Numbered from the stretch's first letter, positions 1-13,100 are shown. The stretch: 64,000 nt of DNA from the human T2T-CHM13v2.0 reference genome, Homo sapiens (GCA_009914755.4 CP068257.2:36640001-36704000); one strand, 5' to 3'. The notes: a model not told the origin generated them from the letters alone. Numbers and translations: made by a program.

Positions 1-295
1 TTAATATTCATTTGGGGAGGAGAGAGGAAAGAGAAAAAGAAAACATGGGATAAAGGAGAGATTGTTAGAAAAGGTAATCTGGTTATTTATTTATAGTTTA
101 CTTAGCCAAAGGGACCTTAAAATGCTTTGATAAGAATGGCCAAAGTTTCTTCAAAGATTAACTGGCATTCTTTAAAAAGGCATCAGTTTTCTTTTGCACA
201 GGTGTTTGGAGAGCCCGGACTGGATGCCCACTAGAATCCTGTGCTGGTTTGTAGATTTCCTTAAGACCTTAAGACATGCTGACATCATGGTCTCC

Positions 296-460
296 TTTCT
301 CAGATTCCTTCTCTCTTTTTCTCTTTCTCTCCCACTCTCTCTCTCTGTCTCTCACTTTCTCTCCTTTCCTCCCTCCCTCCCTCCCTCCCTCCTTCCCTAT
401 CCCTCCCTCCTCTGCCCAATGTCTCCCAATCTCTTTCCTTTCTCTCTTCAGTTCCTCCAG
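296..460. repeat. Polypyrimidine (TC)n/(TCCC)n low-complexity tract
   Basis: ctctctttttctctttctctcccactctctctctctgtctctcactttctctcctttcctccctccctccctccctccctccttccctatccctccctcc; purely C/T on the plus strand for >150 nt. Confidence 0.95.
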
Positions 461-479
461 GTAATTCTTACTCAAACTT

Positions 480-644
480 GTACCAACTTGTTTTTGACTG
501 ACAGTGAACAGTGAGAGAGTTTTCTTCATTTTGAGGAACCCTAAACACCTATCTTTCCCAAGGCAACCTGTCTGGACTGAGCATTTCTCTGACTTGACAT
601 AACTTCCCATCCAGCCAGGAGTCTGCACTCTTCAGTCTTTGCAG
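480..644 (+). other. Candidate first/5'UTR exon ending at consensus donor GCAG|GTAAGA (644/645), immediately followed by a CpG-undepleted block
   Basis: cttcagtctttgcag|gtaagaggtacacggcgc. The sequence 645-1330 downstream has a CpG observed/expected ratio near 1 (details in findings). Confidence 0.2.
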
Positions 645-2462
645 GTAAGAGGTACACGGCGCTTATGTTAACTCTGGGGCATGTGGCACGCTGGAGGTAT
701 TTTTGAAAAACTTTACTTCTAAAGGTAATGAAAACGTTGTGATTCTTTTAAAGCTTATTTAAATCATTTAAGACGCCCGTGCTTATCTGGGGGAATTTAC
801 AAGTGCTGTTTGCATGTGGAAAACGGGATTTTACTTAATGATGGGACAAAAAAAAGTGTTTTATTCTTGCTCGTGAAACAATATCCAGATGTCGTCTTGT
901 TTGCGGTGGGTGTACGGGGGTCTAGCTTGCGGGACAAGAATTACTCCGACTTCTCTTTGCAAGGGTCTGTCAGAGCAAGTTTGTTGATTTTCAGCGATTA
1001 CATAGTTCTTTGGCTAATTCTGAAGCAGTTACTTTCCTTTGTCAATGGGGAAATCAGTTTAGATTGCCGTAAGGCGAAACCTCGCCGGAATATTTTAAAA
1101 TCTGTTACCTATCCTTTTGAGAAAAGTTATGTAAGTTTTCTGTGGTAGGTGTAAGGAATGTAAACGATCCTGAGTTTGGAAATATTATGAACTTTGTTCA
1201 TGACCCATGATTAATATGTTTTTTAATCTGTGTATAATTTCATGAGAGTTTAGACTATCCTCAGCTAATAAATGTTATACTGGGTGAAATTTCCACATTG
1301 CTCCTGTAACGCCAACGTTTGTCTCCTCTGTACTTCCGCATTTAGTCACTTGAAGGAAATAAGAATTTATTGTTCAATAGACATTTCTTGACCTCATAAT
1401 TTCTTTTAACCCACAGGTTAGAAAACTTACAACGAATGTAGTATTTGACTGTGGAAAACTAAAGACCAAAAATGTGTACCATTAATTCAAATGTTTAGAT
1501 TTATCTTTTTCCCCTTTACCTGTAAGAGGGATTTTGAAAAAAAAAAAATCCAAGTGATTCTTAAAATTCATTTTTTGCAACCTCAAGATCACAAGCACAC
1601 ACTCACACTCATGCACAATCAACTGTTATCCCCAATCCTATCTTCTTTTGTCCTCTTGTGAATGTTTAAACAAATATGAAACAATCGGTAGTAATAGCCT
1701 TAGGTGACAAATTCTCTCCTATTTAAAATTGTCCTAAAAATCAAAAGAAAAGTGTCCCATAAAGCTATAATACATTTTTAAATATCATCATTTTGTGAAA
1801 ACTAAATACAGTATCAGAGACACTTCCAGCCGATTAATTAGGTAAGTAAGCACTTACCTCACACACAGCTTCCCCGGGCGCTGTTCTTTCTTCCCATACC
1901 TTCTAGGGTTTTACTTTTTAGCAGTTTTTCTCCTTCTCTGTTAATATAATAAGTGACCATCCAGGGAATGGCCCAGAGGCCACAAGGCAAGTCTTCCCAA
2001 AATACTGAAGATTAGAAGAGTTTAACCAAATTCCTGGTAGCAGCATGTCAGAAACGCTCATCAAATAACGGAACAGACCTTTCTTCACTGAATTAAATAA
2101 ATGTATAAATAGTCTGGGGGTTTTACAGAAATTGCCTTAGTTGAACTTTGTGATTCTGGTTGCTTAAGGAAAACACATTTTTCTAAAACGTCCTCTCTCC
2201 ATGTTTCCACTCCTTCCTCCCACCAACAGTTGTGGTCATTTTACAGAAAGTCTTATTTCCCCAATTTCCTCTCCTCACACTTCTCACCAGTGCAGACAGC
2301 CAGTGTTTTGGGGGGAAAGAGAGCGAGACCCCAGGCTGCACATGCCAGCAAACCTGAGAAGCCAACAAAAGCAGGTCTCTGGGCTCTTTCCCATAAGGCT
2401 CAGCACAACCTCACTCTGCTTCTGCATCGAGGAAATCTCGAAAGGGCTGTGCTTTCTTGGGG

Positions 2463-2501
2463 CGTGTGTGTGTGTGTGTGTGCGCGTGTGTGTGGTGTGT
2501 G
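2463..2501. repeat. (GT)n microsatellite, imperfect
   Basis: cgtgtgtgtgtgtgtgtgtgtgcgcgtgtgtgtggtgtgtg. Confidence 0.95.
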
Positions 2502-3465
2502 CAATTATATACCTGAATAACAATGACATACTCGTTATAAGAAAACTCACCAATATGTGGCTTTAGGCACGGAATAGAGAGGCAAAGTTATTCGGATTTA
2601 ATCAGTACATGTCAAATCTTTGGAATATCCTTTCCTGTGCAATCCCCTCTCATCTGTTTAGAGACTCAAAGCAGCCCACGAAGTTTTTTGCATACTTTGC
2701 CTCAGAGTCCAGGATTGCTTATGAAATGTATTTGTGTGGTGGATGCGTCAGAGTCTTAGAGCCAACATAAGAGTCCAGAGACTGAGCTGTAAGCATGATA
2801 AAGCTGTCAATGACTGGCCCGTGGGAATGCTTGTTGAAGGCATATACACCTCCCTAATCATTTTCTTCAGTCTTTAATATGTAAGTGATACAGCTACCGT
2901 TATTTTTTTCCCTGCAGCAATTCAAGCATTGCACCCCGGATTAAATCATGTATCTCTAAATATGTTGTTTTAATTCTTTCAAGTAAAAATAATTCCACAC
3001 TGAAAATTGTCAGAAAGCCATTACATGAGTTAATATTAACTTTTATGTCTGCAAAGATGAGTTTGTTGCTTATTCATGGGCAAATACAAGAGGCAAGTCA
3101 GACAGAGGTTATTGTCTACCTTCTCTCTCTTCTGTCCTTTACCTTTATCTCATAAAAGCCACCTCAGGAGTGGGGCTTTTGGTGCAGCTGATGGTGGGAT
3201 AAGGCCGGGGAAGTCTGGATCTAGAACAAAGTGAACCAAGGGTGAGCCTTATTCTATGCCCCTCAAGGATGCAGTGCCCTGGAAGGAGACAGGTCTGACT
3301 GAACACACCTGGCTCAGGTAACTTCCTGGTGCCAGTTTTGCAGACAGGTGAAGGAGCAGTGTGACCCGGTAGTAGCTCCAGAGACAAGCAATCTAAGAAG
3401 TGCTAAATCTTCCCTAAAAGAACACAAGGAGCCTGCTCCTACCTTTAAAAGGAGAACTGAGGGCA

Positions 3466-3580
3466 GAGAGGGAGAGAAACTAAGTTATAATTTATAAATA
3501 AAGGTTTATAAACATTTAGGAAATGCAACTTCTTTCTTGGATCCTTTATTTATAAGTTCTGACTTAGTTTCTCTCCCTCT
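3466..3580. repeat. Near-perfect 37-38-bp inverted repeat (hairpin-capable) separated by a ~36-nt spacer
   Basis: Left arm agagggagagaaactaagttataatttataaataaagg (3466-3504). The right arm cctttatttataagttctgacttagtttctctccctct (3541-3578) has reverse complement agagggagagaaactaagtcagaacttataaataaagg, matching roughly 33 of 38 positions. Confidence 0.8.
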
Positions 3581-6142
3581 ATGCCCGTGATTCTCCATTT
3601 AAGAAGTTTTATTTGCTAAATATTACTCTGTTGAAATGAAAGAAAAAAAATGAGGGGGTAGATATTTCTGATAAAAAGGCCAGGCGAGAAAGTTGAACTT
3701 GACAGGTGTAGCCTCTGGAACACGTCTCTGGATGAATTCAGATGATAGTAGGGGGATCTCCACTCATCGTAATGCAGCTGGAATACACATAGTGAATTCT
3801 GTCACATGCCCAGGGAGAATTTCAGTCAGAAACATCTGTGCTGTTTTCACAAGGGAAAGGTCAGAACTCCCTGAGTAGTTCATGTGTCTGCATTTCTTTT
3901 GATGGGCATTGTGCCTCAACTAGAGAAGAGATCAATAAGCCAATAGCCGCCACTATCCAATTTGAATCCAGAAGTTCACACAACCTAATTCCAGAATACA
4001 GTTTGTGCTTCTAGATGAAAAATTCTAAAGCACAAGCACACAATTCCAGATATTTTAGCCACTATACAAAGATGAATCAGGGTCACGTGATCATGCTCAC
4101 GTCAGAAGATGCAGGAGAAGGACAAAGTTTTGCATTTTGGTACAAAACACGCATGTGCCAGCCACCCGATTCGTTTCCAGTAGGGAGCAGTTGAGTGGAA
4201 GGTCATGTCTGCACTACCTTAGGACTGAGGACCTACAGAGGGAACACTGGAAAGAATTAGCAACAGAATAAGCCAGGTTCTGTTTGATTCTGTCTCTCCC
4301 ACCCTGCAGCTCCAATTCAGAGCAGTCTTAATGTGCAGGGATCCGCATAGAACCAGCCAAGCAGGGCCTCTCGTAGTAGCCTGACCAGAAGTCACAGAGG
4401 CTGTGTAGGCCACTCATTCCCTCATTCAGAGTTCAGACATCCTGAGCCTGCCCATGTCCCTGAGATTACAGATAACACGAATCCTCAGAGTCACCGCTGG
4501 GCCATCAAAGAAAAAAGAGGGTGACGCAGAGAGGGAACACTGCAGGGGGGAATGCAATTCTTAGGGTGCTCTGAGGACCCAGGTGCCTGGGTTTGGGTTT
4601 CATTCACATCCTGCTTCAGTCGGAGCTGCCCTGGTGTTGGGCGGATGGCTATGGAACTCATGTGCATTTTCTTTAGTGTCTACACTGGAGGCTGATGAAG
4701 ATTTTATGGACCCTTAAGATTGCACAATGTGGGGGCTTTCTTTAGAGAAAACAAATGCAAAATTAGGACTGTACTATTAAGTACAAGGATTTGGATAGGA
4801 CCTGGGCAAGTGAGGAACCCTGAAGCTGAAGTTTCATTAACTTCTTGATAAATCCACTCTGTGTCATACATAGTAAAGCCCTGATACTTGTCTCTTGAAT
4901 GAATGGTTGAATTAACTTATGTACATTTTAGCTGCTGGCTGCTCTCTCAATAACTCTGAAAAATGATAAGCAAAAAATACCTATCATGTTTATCCATATC
5001 TAGTGATCAGTGATATATGGAAAACCAATCTTAATGCTATCTAGAATGTTTCTTGTTTCATTGGCACCTTGCCATGAAAGGTAGGTCCTTGTACTGTAGT
5101 TGAACCTTTAGGTCATATCTCAGCTCAAGGGTAAGATGCTATCAAAGCTGCTTTTCCTATGGTAGAATATGTGAGTACTGAAATTAACTGTGCGCTTTTT
5201 CCACTTGAAAAGCCCCCAACTTAAAACCTAAAGAACGTTATGCTAGTTGTGCCACTAGATCCTAGAATGGTATTGAATGCATGAATAATAAGCATCTTCC
5301 TGAGCAGACTTGAGGGCTTGCCCCAGTGGAATATCTGTGTCTCTGGTGAGAAGCCTTCCTCTTTTTTCCTTAGTTTCTATTAACGCTGTTTCCAATTTTC
5401 AATAGCAGTTAATTGTGTCATTTCTTGGTAGAAATGCTGGCTAAACCCATGCCTACCAAGCCAAATAATGTTCTCACTCAATGATGTTTACATTTTCAAA
5501 TATTTGCAGATTGATATCTTGCTTCATCTTAGACCTCTTTGCCAAAAAATACAAGGTCAGCTCCCTGAATCTTGCTTTCTTATTTCCTGAGTTATCCTTC
5601 ATGTCTATTCCAACCTTTAAAGGACAAATTTGAAAAGTTTATCCTCTGCTTTGAAAGTTTATGAAATTTGGCATCATTTGTACTCTTCCTACCAACGCCA
5701 TTCTCACATATCTGCTAGGAGGTAAAGAAAATATAATGAATCCTGGAGCACCTGGCTGCTGTGACTAGCATGCTCTAAATACTAAGAAATAAGAAACCTG
5801 CCCTGTCTTTTTTATATTGTCAGAAGTTTGTGGAAAGAATTTATATATGGACAGTGAGCTGTATTACATACAGACACAAACATACAAGTGACAAAAGCAG
5901 TGTGGGTGTGTATTTAGCTAGGACATTAATAACAAAACTGACTGTGTAGGTATAGAGAGGCTATCCCAATGTCAACAACATCAGAATACAATGGTACTGT
6001 ATTTTGAACGTCTTGTTTAATATATTTCAAATCTATAATTTTGACTTACAGTCAAAATTAAACATTAAGTGCACACAAAACAATTACCCTTTAAACAGTA
6101 TTTTTAAAAAGTGATGTCATAGTGACATTGACATCTGACATC

Positions 6143-6437
6143 TTTTTTTTTTTTTGAGATGGAGTCTTGGTCTGTCACCCAGGCTGGGGTGCAGTGATGT
6201 GATCTTGGTTCACTGCAACCTCCACCTCCCGGGTTCAAAGATTCTCCTGCCTTAGTCTCCCAAATAGCTGGAATTACAGGCACCTGCCACCACACCTGCC
6301 TAATTTTTGTATTTTCAGTAGAGATGGGGTTTCACCATGTTGGCCAGGCTGGTCTTGAACTCGTGACCTCAGGTGATCCTCCCACCTCAACCTCCCAAAG
6401 TGCTGGGATTACAGGCCTGAGCTACCGTGCCTGGCCG
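6143..6437 (-). mobile_element. Alu SINE (antisense orientation), full length with poly-T (=poly-A tail) at left
   Basis: ttttttttttttgagatggagtcttggtctgtcacccaggctgg...gggattacaggcctgagctaccgtgcctggcc. Flanking direct repeat gacattgacatct / gacattgatatct looks like a TSD. Confidence 0.9.
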
Positions 6438-9400
6438 ACATTGATATCTTAACGTCACTCCTTAAAACGAGTTGGATATAATGTCAAACGACTTGATTCT
6501 TGTCAACAGGAATGCTGTGATAATCTGATTACGGAAGACTCAGGGTCTTGGTTCCTAGGCCCTAGGGACAGAAGAAGGCTAGCTTCTCCCAGACAGGCCA
6601 AAGCTGCTTTGAGGAGGGAAGGGGAGGTGAAGTCTCCACTCCATTGCCAGCAGGACACACCTGCCTGGGAACTGGGGGAGAACTCTCAGAGGCTGACCCT
6701 ATACTTCCTGTCTCTGGAGTCAGGGGACAGGGGTGATTCTGCTGGTCAGAAGGCAGGAGGGAGTGTCCTGAAACACAATTGAATTTGACAGCAAAGCACT
6801 GTCTATCCTGGGAAGTTCTGCTGGTGAGCGGAGTCCTGTGAGGGTCCTGGTAACCCTATCCCTGCAAGAAATAAGAAGGTCTGCACTCAAATAGGTTCAG
6901 AAAACCTTTCCTAGTTTAGGCCCCTCTTGAATCTTCACAGCAATCATTAACATTTTAAAAACCCCAAGAAGTTCTGCAGCAAAGACGTTCTTTAACTTTG
7001 AATCCAAGTTGTACATCCATTTTGGACCGCAGAACTGTCCACCACCTCCTCCCTGACCACAACTATGATTCCCTCCTCTGACTAATGTTTCACACAACCC
7101 CACGGGGGATGCTTTGGCCAACTGTGATGGGTGTGGAGTGGCAAGGCATCGTGCGATCCAAAGAACATGTGTGATGTCCAGGCTCCATTTAGGTGTAAGT
7201 TGTACTACTGGGGCCTGACTACCTCTGCATGTGACTGGCCAGCCTTCGGGATTGCGAAGTGGCTGCTTACAGTCAGCCCCAAAGAATTTTTTTTTACTTT
7301 CTTTCTGTTTCTTTATGTCCACCTTATTCCTAAAAGAATTTAAGTGAATTTACAAAGATACATACACACACACACACACACCATGAAATAAAAGAGGAGG
7401 AAAATAAGAGTAAATGTCAAAAAGGCCATTTGATTAAATCATTTACTTACATAAATTTGACCTATTTTTAAAAATCACAGTTGAGTGCACACAGATCCAC
7501 AGTGCCAGAATCTTACTTTTGAGCTCAACATTAAATATAGATCTTAACTACATCTGAACTTAACTTAGCTTCCTATTTGAACCTGGGAATCAACTGGGCA
7601 CTCACTGAATGTAGTTTTACACGCACTGTATTTTACAATTCTTTTGAAAGACAATGTCCATTTTCCTCTGTGGATCTTTTAAATTTTATTTCACCTTTTA
7701 CACCCCTTTATGTATAATTTGTTTATACTGAGATTGTAAACTTTCTTCATTGGCTTAGACTCAGGTCTGGCACTAGCCTAAGGGACTAATCTCTGGTCCA
7801 TCAGGCCTGGGCTGGGAACCCTCTGTGGGATTCCCTCCCCATTCCCGGAGATAGCTGGTTCGCCCTGCTTGGCCCCACTTTACAATGGCCTGCTTACTTG
7901 TCCCTTTTCCCTACAGGGCTGCAAACTCTTTGACAATGGAGATTTTATGTAGTTATTTCTTTGTGCTTTCAGGGCATGGCCCAAGGTATTCTTCAAGCAA
8001 TATGTATTGAATCCACAGGCACTGACATGAAAGGCATAATTTTTGCTATAATTACATCTTTACTTTCACCATGAACTTACATCTACCTCATCCTGCAAAC
8101 GCACAGCAGAGGCCTTTTTATCTGAAGTCTTTTGAAAATATGTGTATGTGAAAATGGCTAACTGGTGTGTTCTCTCCCTTGGTGAATATTACAAAGTGAT
8201 AGATTGGCTGCTAGAATTGCGTAAGTGGGGTTATTAAGGAGGGAGACATCTTATTAAGGAGTGACAAGAAACAGGGAACCATGTGCTTAAGATATAGAAG
8301 TTGTGTAAACCCAACAGAGGAGAAATAGAAAACATGCAGGTTATTTTGGAAAGAAGAAAATGAAGACACTTGAAATAAAACAGAAAAGTAAATACGGAGC
8401 CAGCAGGGTTCAGCATGGGAGTGTGGGCTGGAAGTCTGATTCTGAGGAAGAAAACAAGGGGAAAAAATAAAAGAAAGAATATACTGCAATCCCAGGCTAG
8501 AAAGGGGTGATTTGATCCATGGAGCAGCAAATGCAGAAAACAACAAAATTAGCATCATTTCAGTCTCCTTCAAACGCTATGTCTAGATCTGGCTTGTGTT
8601 AGCATACCTGTGGCAATAAAGGTATTTGGGTCTGAATGTGTTTTAAATTTTAAATTGAAGAGAATTTTCTAACATTTACCCATTTTAAAGATGAAATATT
8701 ATAGGACTAAAACTTGTAAGGGCCACTTTTCTGTGATTACAATCAAGCGAATTTCATTGCAGCTGGGAGCAGCCTATGCCAGTATATGGCATTTCAGAGT
8801 CTAGGGCTGCATAAGGATATGTACATTTAAACATGAATTGTATAATTATGGATATTAACATGTCTAGTCCAATATCCTGGGAATGTTCCCTAAATGATAC
8901 TTTCTGCACAGCACTTTGCTTAGTTTTCAGTATCTGAAGAAATGGTCTGACTTGCTAGCCCTGTGATTGGTAGAAATGTATATTTGATGGGTTTTTAAAT
9001 CAATTCTCACTCAGATTTTGAATAGTCAGGCTTTAACCCTCAGTGATCTTCACCAAGTATATTCTTGCCAAGGGCTTACTCTGCAGGAGGCTGGGTGGTC
9101 CGTCTTATGTCGATTTAGAAGATATAAGTGACATCAAGGACTCAAGGAGCCTCCAGGCTGCTGCTGGACAGAGGTGTGGATAGGAAGACATGGAGGTAGA
9201 GAAACAGTAAAGAAAAACACCCAAAGCACAAGAAAGGCTGCAGTGTCCAGCAGAATGTGATGACATTGACATGAGAGGCCCTGACAAAGTTCCAGGGAAA
9301 GTCAGAGAGGGAAAGACCAGATCCCTTTGGGATGACTGTAAGAGGCACTGGGACATTTGAGATGTGCCTTGCAGAACAAGACGACTTCCAGGGTCAGGAC

Positions 9401-9590
9401 GGGGAGAAGCCTTCAGAGCAGGAGGAGTTACCATGCACCAGCAGGAGGGTGCGGGAGGTCGGCAGTGTGCACAGGGGCTGAGCTTACTGCAGGGAAAGAA
9501 TGGGAGAGTGAGGGCCACAGTCAGGACAAAGCTGGCAGCCAACAGTGCTGAGCACTCCTGAAAGGCCAGGCAGGGCTCTAAGTATTTCTT

Positions 9591-10182
9591 TTTGTTTGTT
9601 TGTTTGTTTATTATACTTTAAGTTCTGGGATACATGTGCAGAATGTGGAGGTTTGTCACATAGGTATACACGCGCCATGGTGATTTGCTGCACCCATCAA
9701 CCCGTCATCTACATTAGGTATTTCTCCTAATGCTCTCCCTCCTCTAGCTTCCCACCCTGCTGACAGTACCCAGTGTGTGATGTTCCCCTCCCTATGCCCA
9801 TGTATTCTCATTGTTCAATTCCCACTTATGAATGAGAATATGCGGTGTTTGGTTTTCTGTTCTTGTGTTAGTTTGCTGAGAATGATGGTTTCCAGCTTCA
9901 TCCATGTCCCTGCAAAGGACATGAACTTATTTTTTTTATGGCTGCATAGTATTCCATGGTGTATATGTGCCACATTTTGTTTATCCAGTCTATCACTGAT
10001 GGGCATTAGGGTTGATTCCAGGGCATTTGTGTTGGTTCCAAGTCGTTGCTATTGTGAACAGTGCTGCAATAAGCATATGTGTGCATGTGTCTTTATAGTA
10101 GAGTGATTTATAATCCTTTGGGTATATACCCAGTAATGGGATTGCTGGGTCAAATGGTATTTCTGGTTCTAGATCCTTCCAT
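9591..10182 (-). mobile_element. L1 (L1PA-like) 3' end fragment, 5'-truncated, ~590 bp, with 17-bp target-site duplication GGCTCTAAGTATTTCTT (9574-9590 and 10183-10199)
   Basis: The plus strand reads as the reverse complement of the L1 3'UTR/ORF2 C-terminus (ttattatactttaagttctgggatacatgtgca...cccagtaatgggattgctgggtcaaatggtatttctggttctagatcc). The minus-strand ORFs 9815..10006 and 9993..10274 translate to L1 ORF2 C-terminal peptides (EIPFDPAIPLLGIYPKDYKS..., FMSFAGTWMKLETIILSKLTQEQKTKHRIFS). The element is flanked by a perfect 17-bp direct repeat. Confidence 0.9.
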
Positions 10183-13100
10183 GGCTCTAAGTATTTCTTA
10201 ATCCTCACACAGGCAGGCTTTCTTGCTAACCTCTTTAGAGATGAGGAAAGCAGGGTGCAGAGGTTAAGTAACACGCTGAGGACACAGGCTTCAGAGAGGG
10301 GTGAAGCTGGCCTTTGAAGCTAGGTTGTCCATCTCTAGAAGCCACACCCTTAAGCCTCTGCTGCAGGAGGTGGGAGTTAAACATAGGCAATGAGAAGTCA
10401 TTGAATATTTTGGTTTTCTGGGTCCTGAGCTGCACTTTAGAAATACCAGTCTGGCAGTGATGATCAAGTGACTAATTCAAAGGGTATTTTGAGAGACTGA
10501 GTGAAAGGAATGAAGACCTGGACCAGCATGGTGGCTGTGGGAAGGGGCAGGAGAGACACCGGTGCAAGGGAGATTCAGCAGGTGGAATCTGGGGCTTGCA
10601 CTGATTGGATACAGGAGTACAGTTGCTTAAAGAGGGAGAGGTGAGAGAATGAGGACGCCATTGTTAGGAAACAAAAATCAGGAGATGTAGCTGGATTTAG
10701 GGAGAATAATATGCCTTCAGTTTTGGATGAGTCAGTTCTGGACTGCTCTCATTCCAGGAGATGTTGGAAACAGAGACTGGATCCCTGAGGAGATGCTGTT
10801 AGTGAGCATTGATTAACACCATGGGACTCTGAATAGGCAGTAGGGTAACTCAGAGGATGCCAAGAGAGAATAGAAAGATATAATAAAGGAGGATGAGCAC
10901 AAGACCTTGGGGAATATAATTACAAAGGATGGGGAAGAAGAAAAACCCACCACGCTGCAGGAGAGTGAACTCTCAGAGAGGCAGATAGATGAGCAATGAG
11001 TCTGCTGACCCACTGGTAACCAACAGTAGGAACTTTCTGAGGAAGACACAGTTAATGGCGCCACCCTTGACTCATATATCAGAGAAGAGGAGATGGAGGG
11101 AGTTGAAGGGAAGAAACAGTGGAATAGGAAGGCTTGGTAGCACCTTGCCAACTCAGTTCAGATGAAAAGCCTGAGAGAAACTGAGAGATTATCATTTGGC
11201 TGGCAGAGCAGAGTTCTCAGGGTCCTGGAAGCTGGCTGTCTTCAAGCCTATTAATGGTTAATGTTTCTCATGCTCTTTTTTGCTAAATTTGACAAACCTA
11301 TTCCCCTTCCTCCTCAAAGTCAACTGAGTTATTCACTCAGTTAAATCTATCATGACTTAAAAAGTATATGCTTAGCTTGGAGAGGGGGTTACATCTGTTC
11401 TTGCAGTCACATAATTACTGGAGACATGAAGGAAGATTCCAGCAACTCAGGCGCCTTCTGAACAGGTTGAATACCTGGTTTTTATGAGCAACCCGCTTCA
11501 GTTTTCTGAGAAGCTCTGAGTAACTACAACTAAACAAGTCTATTCTTGAATATGTTTATAATAAAAAAGGAAAGATAATGCAGTTATTTGCTAATTGCTG
11601 CAATGATTAAAGCAAGATGTTTCAAGTTTATCCTTTCATAAGACCAGCAGCCTTTTGAACACAAACAGGATCTGACAAAGATAGTAATAATGAAAGCGGG
11701 AGAACAAGGAAACAATGCCAGTTTTCTTCAGAACAATCGGTTGCCACTGACTTCTAACCTACCTACAGTTTCAAGTTTCTTTGGCTGGGACTATATTCTG
11801 GTTTTTCAGTGCTGTACTGTGATTAAGCCAAACTTCAGAAAAAAAGGAAGTGCTGCATTGTAGCAGTATTGAAAGTTATGTAGGTGGATTTTTTAAAAAA
11901 ATATTACAGCCTAAATTTTCTTAGCAAAAGTCAAATGAGTAACAACACACAGTTTGGAAACATTTGGAGAGGAGAAAACAAATATCTGACAAGAGTACTT
12001 AAAATCTGAAAAAAAAAAAAAAAAAAGAAAAAAAAGAAAGTGGGAGGAGAGTGAGAAAAAGCCCCTGACAGGTAATGGTGGAAACCTGACAAATGGAAGG
12101 TCATTCTAATGAGAGAGGCGGCCTGGTCTCATGGAAAGAGACTTTGGCCTTTGGAATCTGACCTTCCTGGATGTGAATTCCAGGTGTGCAGACTCCTGGC
12201 AGCAATACTCTTGGGAAAGGTGCACTAATGTTCTGAGCTTCAATTTCTTAGTACATTATGGGGCATATGGGAAAGAGACAGAGGTGGGCTACTTCTCTCT
12301 CCACTCCAGGATGCCACCCTCCCACTGTTCCCCACCTTCCTTCTTCCCCAGGACCAGGCTGAGCTCAAGGCTTGTCCCTAAGGCAGCTGGTGAAGGAAAG
12401 GTTCGACTTGGTGGTAGAAGCCCTGGACTGGAGTCCCCACCTATGGGCTGAGGGATCCTCCACAAGTGATTCAACTTCTTAGTTTCTCACCTACAAAAGG
12501 CAGGGAAATTCCTGCCACAGGACAACAAGGAAGTTAAATGACATGATTTTTTGTGAAAGTGTTGTGGAAAGCACTTCTGTCTTCTATCTTATGAATCAGT
12601 AGGGAATGAGCATTCTCAAAATGACCAGAATGATTCCTAATTTCCTTTCTAAGGACCTGATTCCCTTTTCATACGTTCTTTTTGTTCTAAAAACAAAACA
12701 AAACAAAACTTACTTTGTAAAGAAAGCCTGAATTCCAGAGCCAGAGTCTGTCCGTTAAAAACTTTCAAGCTTTTTTTTTAAACTTATAAAAGGCGTTATA
12801 CCCTATAGCCACTCAAACTTTCATAAACAAGAGTTGCAATGTGAAAAAACTCACTTGCTGGGTTTGCCTCTATGAACAACTATTGTTGTCAATGCAAATT
12901 GAATCCGAAATTACCCTTGTCATTGTTTTTTTCTGGGGTTGCTTCTTTCATTTCTGTTAAAAATACACAGAAACATTAAAAAAGTAACTATCTCCTCTGT
13001 TTTATAAGGAGAAGAAGGGATAAAGAAAAAGAAAATCAACTTGGCATGCAAGTGAGCCTTGCTCTGGAATTTGGGTGGGTCTAGGAAAAAGCACCGACCT

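Noticed and set aside
810-1148. 112-codon stop-free frame inside the CpG-undepleted block
   Set aside because: The translation has no recognisable domain or composition bias typical of proteins, so I treat the block as regulatory or UTR rather than coding. It is kept as a finding only for its CpG signature.
6897-7322. 141-aa minus-strand ORF
   Set aside because: No similarity to anything I recognise. The surrounding sequence is unique intronic DNA without splice or Kozak support.
9105-9561. Overlapping 145-aa (-) and 64-65-aa (+) ORFs in a GC-rich patch
   Set aside because: They are Ser/Pro/Ala/Gly-rich low-complexity translations of a GC-rich segment. Mutually overlapping frames are typical of non-coding GC-rich DNA.
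9815-10274. Minus-strand ORFs with clear reverse-transcriptase-family C-terminal similarity
   Set aside because: They are remnants of L1 ORF2 inside a 5'-truncated L1 and are used only as evidence for the mobile-element call, not as genes.
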